Origin: Chiloscyllium plagiosum
Lineage: Eukaryota
Length of the DNA: 64,000 nt
NCBI RefSeq assembly: GCF_004010195.1
Contig: NC_057749.1
Location: 10,307,387-10,371,386 of the forward strand
Direction: 5' to 3'
The notes under the pieces were generated by a model that saw nothing but the letters and a program-made list of their open reading frames with translations, was not told the DNA's origin and did no database searches. Both the position numbers and the translations under genes were made by a program. Shown piece after piece: positions 36,512 to 49,893 of the stretch (positions are counted from its first letter, which is position 1; each line of letters opens with the position of its first letter).

Positions 36512-39504
36512 GTACCATAGTGCCAAGTATTAATCCTCACCTTGCCTGCTGTTGTACTAAGTTCTTGAGGATAGAATGGAATGATTTAGGCTTGTACCTA
36601 CTTTGAGTATTGAAGGTTAAGGATTGACTTGTCTGAAGTGTTGAAAGGATTTGATAAGTTATAGAGAAGCAATATCCTTTCATTGGGGAATGTAGATCAA
36701 GGGGGAAAAGACCTTAAAGCGAGAGCTCAGCCACGTAATGGGTGACATAACAAAATTACTTCACTCAAAATGTAATTTCACAGAAATGCAAAACTCTCCC
36801 CCCGCTCCAAAAAGCTGGGTTCTCAGGAAGGGTCGCTGGACCCCGAAACGATAACTCTGATTTCTGTCCACAGATGCTTCCAGACCTGCTGTGCTTCTTC
36901 TGTCTTTGGCTCTGCAAAGGCTGCTTGGAAAACTTCAAACTGATATTTTTGTTTTGGTAAAGGATTTGGTGAAATTACAGGTGGATAGAGATGCGCCCAT
37001 AAGTAATTGGAACAGGAGTAGGCCATTCAACCCCTTGAATCAATAGATTCTTGTCGATCCAGTTTTCCTCACGTCCACTTCTTTGTGTTTCCCCATAAGC
37101 CGTCCCTCCCCGACTGATCGGGAATCCATTTCTCTCAGCCTTAAATATACACAAGGACTCTGCCCCCACAGCTCTTTGCGGCAAGGAGTTCCAAAGACCC
37201 ACAGCCTTCTGAGAGAAGAAATTCCTCCTCATCTCAGTCTGAAATTGGTGCCCCTTTATTCTGAGACTCTGCTCTCTGGTCCTAGATGAGTGGAAACATA
37301 CTCTCAGTACTGACCCCGTTAATTTTTTGTTTCAAAGCAATCATCTCTCGTTCATGATCTGATAGAATGGCAAACCAAGCTTGACGGGCTGAATGGCCTC
37401 CTCCTGTTCATACTTGTGCATTCAGTGAAAGCCTCAAAGGACCTCTTTGCTTTGTGCAATACCTTGATCTAAAAACATTGTCCCTGTGCAGGATCTAAGT
37501 GCCTACCTCATTGTGACTTTTACGCTGTACACTTCACTTCCTCTGGGCTCCATAGCAGGCAATTCTGCCTTGGAGCTCATGATCTTAAAACTCACGCCCC
37601 CTTACTGAGAATCACAACCCATATTTGTGATGCACTAAGCTATCACCATTGACTCCTCACACAAAGGTCCTGTACAAGTGGTAGCAGTGAATAAAACATT
37701 CAGAGGCAATCTTTGAGTTCTGAAGACAATTTTAAATGTCATATCTAAAACCATTATCCCAATCTGGTGATAGCCTCACACAAGCAACTAATATGCTTAA
37801 TCAGATTTGTTGAGACATATTTTTATCCAATATAACATCACCTCAGATAAACCTAGTTTTTCTCTGTTCTCAAATCTTGATGTTCATTGTTCCATCAAGC
37901 TCCCCGGTTGCCTACAATCGGAGATATGAGGCCACAGAGATCATCATGACCCTCGTTTCAAACTCCTCCCCAACGTCAATAACAAATTGGACTGAGACTG
38001 AGAGGGAAATGAATTGGCAGGGTCCTAGGGATAGAGCAGGGGAGTGGGACTGACCACGGAAACCAAACATGTGCTCACTGTGCCACATGATATAATGTTG
38101 CTGATGGTCTCTGATCAGTTATGACGATCTCATCTGCTTAACATTACCCACTCCCATCTCTTCCCCTCTCTGCTTCCAGAATCTGTTCCACTTTGCTATC
38201 CACATGGAGACCAAAAGACCAACGATTTCCTTCCCACCTTTAGACTTTTATACTTCAAGCTTTCAAGAACATAGTTGGTCATGTGTGTATGGCCATGTCT
38301 TGGAATTGTTGAGGGATGATGTTGTAGAAGTTTATAAAATCATAAGGAGCATAGATATGGTTAATGGTAGGTATCTTTTCCCTAGGTTGGGGGATTTTGT
38401 GACTAAGGGGCATATTTTTTAAGGTGAAAGAAGACAATTTAAAAAAGACATGAGGGGAAATTTTTTTATACAGAGTGTAGTTTGCTTGTGGAATGAACTT
38501 CCTGAGGAAGTGGTGGATGCAGGCACAGTCACAAAGTTTAGAAACTTAGATAAGTGCATGAATAGGACAGGTTTGGAGGGATATGGGCCTGGAGCAAGCA
38601 GGTAGAACTAGTTTAGTTTGGGGTTATGTGGACCGAAGTGTTTGTTTTCGTGCTGCATGACTCTGTGACAATATTAAAAATGCTGTCGTAACTTTCAGAC
38701 CCTTATCAGTTGTTCAGGGGAACCAACTTTGTTTGATATGCTGGTGAATTTAGCTACGAGCTCGGTTGGACTGTGCTTCCCTGGAATTATTACAATAAAA
38801 CCATATCAATCACTAACATGTTCAGTGGAACTTGTTGTTGAGTAATTAATAATGAGCATATTGTTATACTTTTTTTTAGTAATGATATAACCTGAATGGT
38901 ATTGATGTGTTACATGTCATCACAGACCAGACAAACATGAGATGATTAATTTAAATGCCAATCTCCCTTAATTAGCACCAATAAAACAAGGTTGTGAGAT
39001 AAAATGTAATATCTGTAACTTTGTAATTTACTGTAGATAAATAATGATTACTCATAACATGACATAGCAGATATGGGACTGGGTAATGTATGTGTTTTGG
39101 TCTGGTATATTTATTTAATTTTGTTTTGTTTTTAATGGGAGGTGGTCACGACTGGCAAGGCCTGCATGTATTGCTCAATCCTAAATACTCTTGAACTGAG
39201 GGGTTTGCTAGGCCATTTCAGAAGGCAGATAAGAGTCAACCACATTGTGGTGGGTCGGGAGTCAGCTGAACATCAGACTGGGTAAGGAGGGCAAGTTCCT
39301 TCACTAAAGAACATTAGAGAACCAGATGGGCTTCTTTAACAATTGATGTTAGTCTCACAGTCACCATGACTGAGACTGGCCTTTGAGCCCATATTTATTA
39401 TAGAAGACGGTGTAAGCTTCATATGGAGCTAGCGATGGATTCACTTGGACGGCTGGTTTTTAATGCAGGGTGACACCAACCTGGATTATAGATTGTAATG
39501 GATT

Positions 39505-39835
39505 ATAGAACTCCTATATTGTAGGAGCAGGCCATTCAGCCTGTCAAATCCACACTAACCCTCAAACAGCATCTTCCCCACCTTATCCCTGTAACCCTGC
39601 ATTTCCCACGGCTAGCCCACCTAACCTGCACATCCCTGGACACCATGGGGCAATTTCCCATGGTCAACCCACCCTGACCTGTACATCTTTGGTTTGTGAG
39701 AGGAAACCAGAGCAACCGGAGGAAACCCACGCAGACACGGGGTGAACATGCACACAGTTGCCCGAGGCTTGAATCAAACCTAGCTCATTGGCACTGTGAG
39801 ACAGCAGTGCTAACCACTGAGTCATCATGCTGCCA
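39505..39835 (-). mobile_element. HE1-like V-SINE
   Basis: V-domain and head on the minus strand. Confidence 0.82.
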
Positions 39836-40370
39836 TGGGTTCCATTCCTAAACTGGCAGAGGTTATCATTGAGGACTCTGCATCTCAATCTCTCCACTCA
39901 TCTGGGGCGTAGTGACCCTTAGGTTCAACCACCACCATTCATGTCTCTCTCTCTCTCTCTCTCTAACGAGAGAACAGACTAGGGTCTGATGAGACTCTGG
40001 TGACTTTACCTTTACATTTGGAATTACATGATATATGGGTAAACCTATAGTATCTGTAGTGTTGTGTGGCAGGAACCGTTATTTTTAAGATTTTATTTTA
40101 TCCATTACTTATCAAGAGATATCTAACCTAATTCCCAATATTAAAGCTCAAGTTTCGGGTGTTTGCAAAAAATGATGCAAAGGCACCAATGCCCAGAAAG
40201 GAAGAATAGCTTGTAATGAGGTCACATATATCCTGATCACAGGACATCAGACGGGGATTGTAGCTAGGGGAGTGATGTTTGAACTCTGGCTACAGTTGGA
40301 AGATACGCTGAGGTCCTCACCTTCAGGCACTGACACCGGCTACTTAGCTGTTTTTTTTCCTTGGTTGCAG

Positions 40371-40603
40371 GTGTAACGTACCTTGAATTTAAACGGCCCC
40401 AGGACTTTGAGTACAAGTCTGGGCAGTGGGTGCGTATCGCATGTATATCCCTGGGTGCTGATGAGTATCATCCCTTCACACTGACCTCAGCCCCAAATGA
40501 GGACACCCTCAGCCTCCATATTAGGGCAGTGGGGCCCTGGACGACAAAGTTACGAGAAACCTACTCACCGGAGAATGTCGGAAATCTCGGAGGCAACCCA
40601 AAG
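40371..40603 (+). CDS. DUOX2: Dual oxidase, window exon 16 (FAD-binding, HPFTLTSAP and IRAVGPWT)
   Basis: Acceptor gcag|, donor |gtaata; 233 nt. Confidence 0.97.
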
Positions 40604-41744
40604 GTAATACGCAAGTGAAGGTAAATGTAATGCATTCTCAGCTTAAAGTTATTCACCAATGTCCTTTATTGCAAAGGGATAAGTTTGGAAAATGTATTTC
40701 AGTGTTCAATTTGCACACAGCTAGTTCCACAAGGCGCTATAGTGATTAGGAAAGACTCCCCTATTTCATCTGAACATTTCCATTTTGAGCCTGACATCTT
40801 TTAAGAATGGGAAAAGGTGTCATTCAGGAACAGTCACACAATTCCATTTCATGTCTTCCTAAGATCATACCTGCTGGTTATTAATGTGCATCAAACCCTT
40901 ATAAGCAGACTGTGTGTCACGTCCTGAAGTCGGGTGTGGTCAAGTTAAAGGAAAAGCAGTTACAGATGAAAATGTACAGCACCTGTAAATGAGAAAGATA
41001 AGAATGCTATTATGATAGCTCAAGTCACGAGAGCAACTTGATGGTTTTAGATTTTTCAAAATTAATTCATGTGATCTGAGCATCACTGGCCTGCATTTTA
41101 TTGCCCACAAAATGCCTTTATGAACTATAGCGATAGGGAAACTCTTCACCTTACCCTGCCTGGCCTATATATGATCTCCAGACTCACCAAAACTGCGTGA
41201 ATATTTCATTATCCCCTGAAATGGCCCAACAAGACATGTAGTTGTATTCAGCGGTCAGTGACAAGCCAGCACATCTCAACAGCAATTAGGAACGGGCACT
41301 GTTAGTGCCAGCACTGACAGTGAGGTCCATAATGTTGTAAACATTATTCTAAACTGACTTCTATACTTAATCTATGACTTGCCACAGATGGAATTTTAAT
41401 TGCTAAGTTTGCATTGAAATTCATTAATTGTCTTGAGAATGATAAACTTATTCTGATGCCATGGCCTACACACCCAATACTGAAGGCATTGTTTATCACA
41501 ACAACAGTCAAGTTAGCAAAATGAAATGATTGAGAGGCTCTTAAATATGATCCTGGTGGAATAGTGACAAGGCAATTCCCAGCTGATGGAGAAATACAGC
41601 ATGGGAAGAAGCTATTCAGCCTACCCTGTCAGAGTTGATCCTCTGGTCGAGCTACACATTTAATCTGATTCCCAGTTTTTCCCCCCAAAGCTCTAATTGT
41701 GGTTCAACATTGACCAACTGCTTTTAAAAGGTGCTGGACTTCAG

Positions 41745-41950
41745 GGGTGGCTCAGTGGTTAGCACTGCAGCTTACCAGCTTCACAGACCCAGGGTTTGAT
41801 TCCAGGCTTGGGCGACTGTCTGTATAGGTTTCTTCTGGGTGCTCTGGTTTCCTCCCACAGTCCAAAAATTCGCAGATTAGGGTGTATTGGCCATGGGACA
41901 TTGCCCCACAGTGTGCAGGCTAGGTGGGTCAGCCATGGGAAATTTTGGAC
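41745..41950 (+). mobile_element. V-SINE, partial
   Basis: Head ggtggctcagtggttagcactgc and a partial V-domain. Confidence 0.75.
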
Positions 41951-42711
41951 TGGGTAGTTTGACCGCAAAACATTAACTCTGATTTCTCTGCACAGAAGCT
42001 GCCAGATCTGCTGAGCTTTTCCGGCAACTGCTGTCTTTGTTTCAATAGCTGAATGTTAAACTCCTACTATGTTTCTTGTACCTTTTGTGAATTGCTGAAG
42101 AACTGGGGAATCTATAGTTTCCCCAATGCTGTCTCCATGGAAATGCATAGGCCAATCAGATATGATGAGCTGCCCAACCAGCATCCCTTCTCCAGTGACC
42201 CTTCTCAGAACTGAGTTAACTCTGATTTCTCTCCACAGATGCTGCCAGACCTGCTGAGGTTTTCCAGCAATTCCTGTTTTCGTTTCTAGTGTTCTGAGAA
42301 CATGGGTTCAAATCTCAGCACGGCAACTGGTGGGAATTTAAGATTAGTTAATAAATTTGGAATAATCAACAGTGCCATGCAACCATCATTGATTGCTGTT
42401 AGGTCACTCATGTCCTTCAGGGAAGGAAATCTACTGTCCTTACCCGGTCTGGCCTTTAAATGAGTCCAAGCCTACAGCAAGGTGGTTGATCCTTAACTCC
42501 CCTCTGAAATAGCCCTTGCAATCTGTTCAGTGCAAGGGTAAGTAGGGATGAGCATCAAATACTAACCTGAGCAGCAATGCCTACATCCCTTGGAAAGTGC
42601 GAACTTCTTAAAAATTATCTTGGTCTTGACCAAGAATTACATTTTCAAATCACAAAGTGACTGCATACTAAATGCCTTCTGACTGACCCAAAACTTTCCT
42701 GTGTCCTGCAG

Positions 42712-42870
42712 ATATATCTGGACGGGCCTTTTGGTGAGGGTCATCAAGAATGGAACCAGTTTGAGGTGTCCGTTCTGGTTGGGGGAGGCATCGGTGTGAC
42801 ACCATTTTCATCAATTCTCAAAGACCTCGTCTTCAAGTCATCTATGTTCAGCAAGATCGCCTGCAAAAAG
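42712..42870 (+). CDS. DUOX2: Dual oxidase, window exon 17 ([10 protein letters not shown]...[15 protein letters not shown]-binding)
   Basis: Acceptor gcag|, donor |gtaact; 159 nt. Confidence 0.97.
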
Positions 42871-43502
42871 GTAACTAAAAGAAATCTGCTAGAGCAAGCT
42901 CTTTTACAAACGTGTTCCACCCTTACTGAGGTGGGGGATAGTACATCACTCACTCCAACAAACACTGTTCAAGGTTAAGATCGCAGATGGTGGTAAGACT
43001 GAATGAGTCAGATTCCAAAGTGAAACCTGGCTTGATAGACCATAGGTTTTTATTTTGCAGTTTGTTTACCATAGTGATCAGTCACAGAACATATTATCGA
43101 GAGGCTGCCAGTGTACTTTGACTTATTATATCAAAGAGAAATCAAAGATCTGTGTAACTATTTGGTAAGATCTTATCATGAACACCAAAAAGGAAGATTC
43201 AACCTTTCTCCCAACAACATCATGCACAGATACACAACCCCAGTGGAATAGCATTCCCATCTTTACTCCTTAAATTCTTACTCAATCGATGAGGTTGCAA
43301 GTGTTTCCTTTCAGAAATGTTCTGCACGTTCTCCAGATATGATTATCAGCACTTCTTCCCAAGGCACACAGGCTGATTTTTTAAGGAAAGCGAAAGGTTT
43401 TTTTTCCCAACCTTGTTATCTTGTACTGCTGAAACAGGTTAAGACTTCTGCCCAGTTCTATGGGTCTGGAAGTTGCCAAAAATAGACTCTCCCTTCTGCC
43501 CA

Positions 43503-44861
43503 TGTTATGGACTAGGCCAGACCACTCAAAACATTCTTGTGCAGGCACCCAGACCATAACTTTGCAATTTGTTTCGGTAAGTGTGCAATGAGAATTACCC
43601 GGAGTAAGTTAGCTAGGTTAACTACTAGGTTTTAAAACAGACAGAAATGTATTCACAAAATTATACAATGAAACAAAGAACAGAATAAAGAGCATCTACA
43701 GAACTCAGTCTATCCAAACTAGACTGTTCCAAATATACACAACAGTCCTAATAAGCAAATCCCCTTAAAGCAGTGAGTTGAGGGGTGCGTATGTTAAGTT
43801 ACTATATTTTGCATTAGGATTAAGTCTTGGCACAATATTGTGGGCCTAAGGGCCTGTTCTGTGCTGTACGTTTCTATGTTCTATGTTCTAAACCACAGTT
43901 TAAAAATGGAACAGATGCTTACAGGTTGAAGTTTAGAAGGGCAGAAGAGAGAGAGAGAGTTTGCACACAGTTCACTGTTGAACTCCCAACTAGCTCTGGA
44001 CTGAACTGCTCAGCTAGAGAGCTGATCACTCCCTTTTGATTATACAGGTCATTTGTAAAACATGACCTGGCTTTTATTGGTAGAGGAATTGAGTTCCGGA
44101 GTACTGAGGTCATGTTGCAGTTGTATAAGACTCTGGTGCGGCCACATCTGGAGTATTGTGTGCAGTTTTGGTCGCCATACTATAGGAAGGATGTGGAGGC
44201 ACTGGAACGGGTGCAGAGGAGGTTTACCAGGATGTTGCCTGGTATGGTAGAAAGATCGTATGAGGAAAGGCTGAGGCACTTGGGGTTGTTTACATTGGAG
44301 AAAAGAAGGTTTAGGGGTGACTTGATAGAGGTGTATAAGATGATTAGGGGTTTAGATAGGGTCGACAGGGAGAATCTTTTTCCTCGTATGGAGCCAGCTA
44401 TTACAAGGGGGCATAGCTTTAAATTAAGGGGGGGTAGGTATAGGACAGATGTTAGGGGTAGGTTCTTTACTCAGCGAGTCGTGAGTTCATGGAATGCCCT
44501 GCCAGTAGCAGTGGTGGACTCTCCCTCATTATGGGCATTTAAGCGGGCATTGGATAGGCATATGGAGGATAGTGGGCTAGTGTAGGTTAGGTGGGCTTGG
44601 ATCGGCGCAACATCGAGGGCCGAAGGGCCTGTACTGCGCTGTATTCTTCTATGTTCTATGTTCTATGTTCTATGACCACTTTGACCTGAGGTCTCATCTG
44701 TTCACATATAAACAAAAAGGCCTCTCAATACCCTTTAATCTCTATACTAAACTAGTCATCTCGGAAATGGGAGTGGTTTATGACCCTTCTGAAAGAAATC
44801 AATGACACAGTATCTTTGAGAAAAGGAACAGCTTTTAGTAAAAGAGACCAGCTTTGTGACA
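43503..44861. mobile_element. Putative solo LTR carrying two nested CR1 pieces (~43776-43889 and 44068-44675)
   Basis: TGTTA...TGACA termini, and the sequence resumes across the CR1 insertions. No clear TSD. Confidence 0.4.
44068..44675 (+). mobile_element. Young CR1 3' fragment with an uninterrupted 157-aa ORF2 C-terminus
   Basis: MLQLYKTLVRPHLEYCVQFWSP motif, (TTCTATG)n tail, possible TSD atgacc. Confidence 0.93.
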
Positions 44862-45379
44862 TCGGTAAGAATCTGCTGAACTCAACTTACTCCCTGGCCT
44901 CTAGTCTCCCTCTCCCTTGTCAGAAAAACAAGACAATAATAAGTACCAATTATCTCATCAAGTTGCTTATTGAGTTGTTTAGGTTAAATCAAATGATGTC
45001 TTAGAAAGACTGTCTTTAGTTCACTGTTCCAGATGACTTTCTGACCCAGGTCTTAAAGAAAAATCGGACCTTCACAGCACTGAAGACAAACTCCTCTCAA
45101 ATTTCAAGCTAATGTTGATCTTGCTCTTTGTACACCCTCTTTGCAGTTATAACATTGTAATCCACATTCTGTTCAATCACCCTATGATCTTTGTATGTTT
45201 GTATGCTATGACCTCCTGTACTACATGCTAAACAAAACGTTTGACTGTTCTTAGGTACATGTGACAATACTAAAGCAAATCAAAATTTACCTTTATATTA
45301 GAATCCAACTTCCCAAAATTGGTAATGTTATTAACCTGCAGTGCAATTTTAATCAAAAATATATCTCATGTCTTCTGAA

Positions 45380-45845
45380 CTTGAAAGATTTACCAAGATA
45401 TTGAGCTACAGGGAGAGGGTGAATAGGATGGGGCTATTTTCCCTGGAGCGTCGGAGGCTGAGGGGTGACCTTATAGAAGTTTATAAAATCATGAGGGGCA
45501 TGGATAAGGTAAATGGACAAGGTATTTTCCCCAGGATAGGTGAGTCCAAAATTAGAGGCCAAAGATTTAAGGAGAGAGGGGCAAGATTTAAAAGGGACTT
45601 AAGGGGCAACGTTTTCATGCAAAGGGTGGTGCGATATGGAATGAGCTGCCAGAAGAAATGGTGGAGGCTGGGACAATAACAATATTTAAAAGGCATCTGG
45701 ATGGTATATGAATAGTCAGGGTTTAGAGGGATAAGGGCCAAGTGCTGGCAAATGGGACTAGATTAATTTAGGATATCTGGTTGGCATGAACGTGTTGGAC
45801 CAAGGGGTCTGTTTCTGTGCTGGATATTTCTACGACTCTGAGTCT
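45380..45845 (+). mobile_element. CR1 (HER1-like) 3' fragment
   Basis: GLFSLERRRLRGDLIEVYKIM motif. Confidence 0.85.
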
Positions 45846-46270
45846 AAGCAGAAGTGATGTGAGAAACCCCCTTTCCAAGCAGCAAAGTATCAGGATGAAG
45901 GGTGTGCTGCCAGAGAGTGTGCTGGAGCATGCATTTATTAGGCCTTTCAAAGGGAACTGCATTATTATCAGGAAGAAAGGAACTGCAATGTCAAATGGAG
46001 AAGCTGGGGATGGGTGGCTCTCCATGAATTTCTCCTTCTAAGAGCCAGCATAGATATGATGGGGCAAGTGGCCTCCTTCCGTGCTGTAACCATTCTATGA
46101 TTCTTAATTATTTATTGAAATGCCTCATAATTGTTCGCTCCTGTTACATCTCTCTGGCTTTCTTTGCTCTAAGGTGAACAACCCATCAAGTTTTCTCTGT
46201 TTCTAAAATCTCTCATTCTTGGCACCAAATCTTTCACACGCTCAGGTGTACTCACCCTTTTCTCCACTAG

Positions 46271-46426
46271 GTCTATTTTATCTGGGTGACTCGGACCCAG
46301 CGACAGTTCGAATGGATGGCGGATATAATTCGTGAAGTTGAGGAGAATGATAAAAATGATCTGGTTTCTGTCCATATCTACATTACCCAACTCGCTGAAA
46401 AATTTGATCTCAGAACTACTATGTTG
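46271..46426 (+). CDS. DUOX2: Dual oxidase, window exon 18 ([15 protein letters not shown]...FDLRTTML)
   Basis: Acceptor tag|, donor |gtaagt; 156 nt. Confidence 0.97.
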
Positions 46427-47268
46427 GTAAGTAATTGTGGTTTCACCTCCTGGTGAGAATTGTGAACTGACAACACAACAATTTCCATGACCTGAGATGC
46501 TAGAAAATTTTTCACCTGTTTGTAAGACATTCCTTTAGCCGCCAAGGGATTTGGTTTAGCTCAGTCCGTTGGATGGTGGGCATGCAGTACAGCGTAAGGT
46601 GCGTTCCATTCCCACACTGGCTGAGGTTATAGTGAAGGACTCTGCTTCTCAACCTCTTCCCTCACCTGAGGCATGGAAATTCACTGGTTGAAGCACTATC
46701 AATCATTGCTCTGTAATCGGAGAGCAGCCTTATGATCTGATAAGTTGATGATGAAATTCCCTTTGTCTCCAAAGGTCAGACAACAGAGATTAACATATGC
46801 CCTATATTCAATATAAGCCAAACACAACTTACTTCTAGATACTGATGCTACGGTGCACATGCTGATTTTGGAACAGTCCACAACATACCAATACACCAAT
46901 TGCCAGTTTATATACCACTCTTGGATATCTCTGCTACATCAGCCAACGTTGAGGTGGCAAATCCATGAAATAGGGAGGATTAAATCTTGGTGAAGGATAG
47001 TTGCGAATCAGTCTGTTCAAAGATGCTATGATACCCCTCTGGTGAAGGTAGGATTTGAAATTGGGCCTTCCAGGTCAGAGGTAGGGACATCACCACTATG
47101 CTGCAAGAAGCCTCTAAATGTTGATGATGATTAATTGATCACTAGTGACCAGTTTCAATTCTCTATTATTTAAAGTCAAGTATTAACCAGCTATTGCAAG
47201 GCTCAAAATATACAGGTCAACCAGATGTTCACAGTACCTTTACATGGGGTACTGTAGTTAACTCGATG

Positions 47269-47483
47269 AATCAGAAGTGCGGTGCTACAAAAGCACAGCA
47301 GGTCAGGCAGCATCCGAGGAGCAGGAGAATTGATGTTTCGGCCATAAGCCCTTCCTGATGAAGGGCCAGTACCTGAAACGCTGACTCTCCTGTTCCTCGG
47401 GTTCTCCCTGACCTGCTGTGCTTTTCCAGCTCCACGCTTCTAACTATGAATTTCCAGCATCTGCAGTCCTCACTTTCTCATAA
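47269..47483 (+). mobile_element. PLE-derived hairpin insertion with a hammerhead motif (CTGATGA at 47355-47361)
   Basis: Inverted arms plus a one-sided tail. Perfect 11-bp TSD ttaactcgatg (47258-47268, 47484-47494). Confidence 0.82.
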
Positions 47484-47631
47484 TTAACTCGATGGTTAAG
47501 AGTGACTAGTTTTATTCACTAATCATCACCATAATTAAAAAGGCTACTGTCCACGCTTTTAATCCTTACATTTTATTGGCTTTCAGGTGTTAATGTCATT
47601 AGTACTTTTCTGATGTTTCTGTCTCCTTTAG

Positions 47632-47760
47632 TATATCTGTGAGCGTCACTTCCAGAAAGTGTCAAACCGCAGCCTATTCACAGGACTTCGTTCTATCACT
47701 CACTTTGGGAGACCCCAGTTTATACCATTCTTCAACTCACTACAGGAGGTTCACCCAGAG
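47632..47760 (+). CDS. DUOX2: Dual oxidase, window exon 19 ([10 protein letters not shown]...THFGRP...EVHPE)
   Basis: Acceptor tag|, donor |gtgagt; 129 nt. Confidence 0.97.
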
Positions 47761-47809
47761 GTGAGTTCAGTATCTGCTTTCATGTTAAGACAGTAACACC
47801 TTACGCAAA

Positions 47810-48120
47810 GGGCAGTACAGTAGCTCAGTGGTTAGCACTGTTGTCTCACAGCACCAGGGACCTGGGTTTGATTCTATCCTCGGGCGAACTGTCTGTGTGG
47901 AGTTTGCTCGTTCTCCCCGTGGGTTTCCTCCTACAGTCCAAAGATATGCAGGTTAGGTGCATTGGTCATGCTAAGTTGCCCATAGTGTCCAGGGATCCAC
48001 AGGCTAGGTGGATTAGCCACGGGAAATGCAGAGTTACAGGAATTGGGTGGGATGCTTTTCAGAAGATTGGTGTGGACTCAATGGGCCAAATGGCCTGCTT
48101 CTACACTGTCAGGATTCTGT
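47810..48120 (+). mobile_element. HE1-like V-SINE
   Basis: Head, V-domain and tail. Confidence 0.82.
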
Positions 48121-49010
48121 GTCTGCTATCAACGAGATCAAGGTCCTGACCCTGTGTCTTCTTTTTGTCTCATTCAGGTTAGAGAACTGAGTTTTAAACT
48201 CCTTCATTAGCCCCTTTCAACAGGGCTTTCATAATTGCAATAAATAATTGGGTGAGGACACGGACTGAATAGAATTTTTAAAAGTCCAGCACAAAATGGT
48301 CCAGTTCTGTGCTGGACCCTTATGATGGGAAATCCAATTCGTCCCACTCCTCTGCTCTTTCTCTACAACTCGGTAATTTTCATCCTTTAGGTGGCGTATT
48401 TAACCAAACCTCCTTTGAAGGCCACATTCGCAAGGAAACTGATACACCTCCCACCGTATCAGTTGATGCATTCCAGGTCATTGAGTAAACCTGTTTTGCC
48501 TCATGTTAACTTTGGCTCTTCTGTCAAATGACTTCAATTTCTGGCTAGCAATTGTTCAGCTATTGGAAACAGTTTCTCTTTATTTACTCTGTTTGGAGCC
48601 TTTGCAAGTTACAGCTGCATATCATGAAGGGAAGATAATTCATTCCTGTCAGTTACCATCAATTCACTTTTTATATAAAATGCCTGGTTTGAAGATTCAC
48701 AATAGAGGTTAGCTGTTCGACATCAACAATAATCTTTAGTTCAAAGCTCTACTATAACATTCTTTGATGTTGAGACTGATGCTTCTATTACTGACCGAAG
48801 ATCATCTTTAAATGATCTCAATCATCCTGGAGATCAACTCTGCACAATCCTCTGAGGTAGACATGTGTCCATCAGCAACCAGAATGAGATTGTCCAAAAT
48901 TCAGTATTGGCCAGGACACTGAAGAGAACTTACTGTTTTTTCTTGAACAGTTCAATATGACCTTTTCTGTCCACTTTGTGGAACCTGGCTTAAGACTTCA
49001 ACTGCAACTT

Positions 49011-49245
49011 CGACAGTGCGGCACTCCCTCAGTACTGACCCTCGGCAGTGTGGCACTCCCTCAGCACTGACCCTGCGACAGTGCGGCACTCCTTCAGTAC
49101 TGACCTTGCGGCATTGCAACACTCCCTCAGGACTTATTCTCCAATAATGCGGTACACCCTTAGCACTGACCCTCCGACATTGCAGTACACCCTTAGCAGT
49201 GACCTTCTGACAGTGCGGCACTCCCTCAGTACTGACCCTCTGGCA
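49011..49245. repeat. Tandem repeat, ~7 copies of a ~33-bp unit (cgacagtgcggcactccctcagtactgaccctc)
   Basis: Units start at 49011, 49044, 49076, 49109, 49142, 49175 and 49208. Confidence 0.93.
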
Positions 49246-49770
49246 GTTCCTTGCTACTGCACTGATCACCAGCTGAATTTTATGCTCAAGTCCTGGGACA
49301 TGAACCCATAAATTTCTGACTCAACAGCGATATGCTCCCAACTGAACTCTCAATGAGGCTTAGGTATTTGTAGCTGGAACATGTTGGAGTCAGGTGGAAA
49401 TCTTCACAAATTATAGATTGCTTCCCTCCTCAACCCCTACCCCACTGCCATCTCCATATATGTACCCTTCAACCACCATCACCTTCCAACTTGTTCCATG
49501 TGCTCAATTATTCTGCAATGAATTATGCAGTCTGGTAAGGGATCATTGTTCACCATGCTTGATTGACTGAGCCTAGATGTTGTCTCAGTGATAAATAAGG
49601 GGAGCTGGAGAAAGTTGCTGAAGATAGAAGCTGAATTTTGTGACTGCAGAGATTTGAAATCTTTTGTATTCTTAAAAACAAGAGTTGGCTGTGAGCCAAT
49701 GGGGTGGAAGGGTGGTATGCTATTGGGTTGGACTGGATCAAAGCTAAATTTGTTTAAACTTTATTAAAAG

Positions 49771-49893
49771 GTGGGAAAAATTGGAGTTTTCAGCTGTGGA
49801 CCACCAGGACTGACCAAAAATGTGGAGAAAGCTTGTCAGCAAATCAACAAGAGAGACCAGGCTCACTTCATGCATCACTATGAGAACTTCTGA
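49771..49893 (+). CDS. DUOX2: Dual oxidase, terminal coding exon ([13 protein letters not shown]...[10 protein letters not shown])
   Basis: Acceptor aag|; CGP and ENF motifs; TGA at 49891-49893. Confidence 0.97.
   Translation: MGKIGVFSCGPPGLTKNVEKACQQINKRDQAHFMHHYENF

Noticed and set aside
42712..42870. GIGVTPFSS in place of the usual GIGVTPFAS as a sign of altered catalysis
   Set aside because: A conservative change outside the core GxGxTPF; all other catalytic motifs are intact.
49011..49245. CRISPR-like periodicity of ~33-bp repeats
   Set aside because: The units are head to tail with no unique spacers, there are no cas genes, and the context is a eukaryotic intron.
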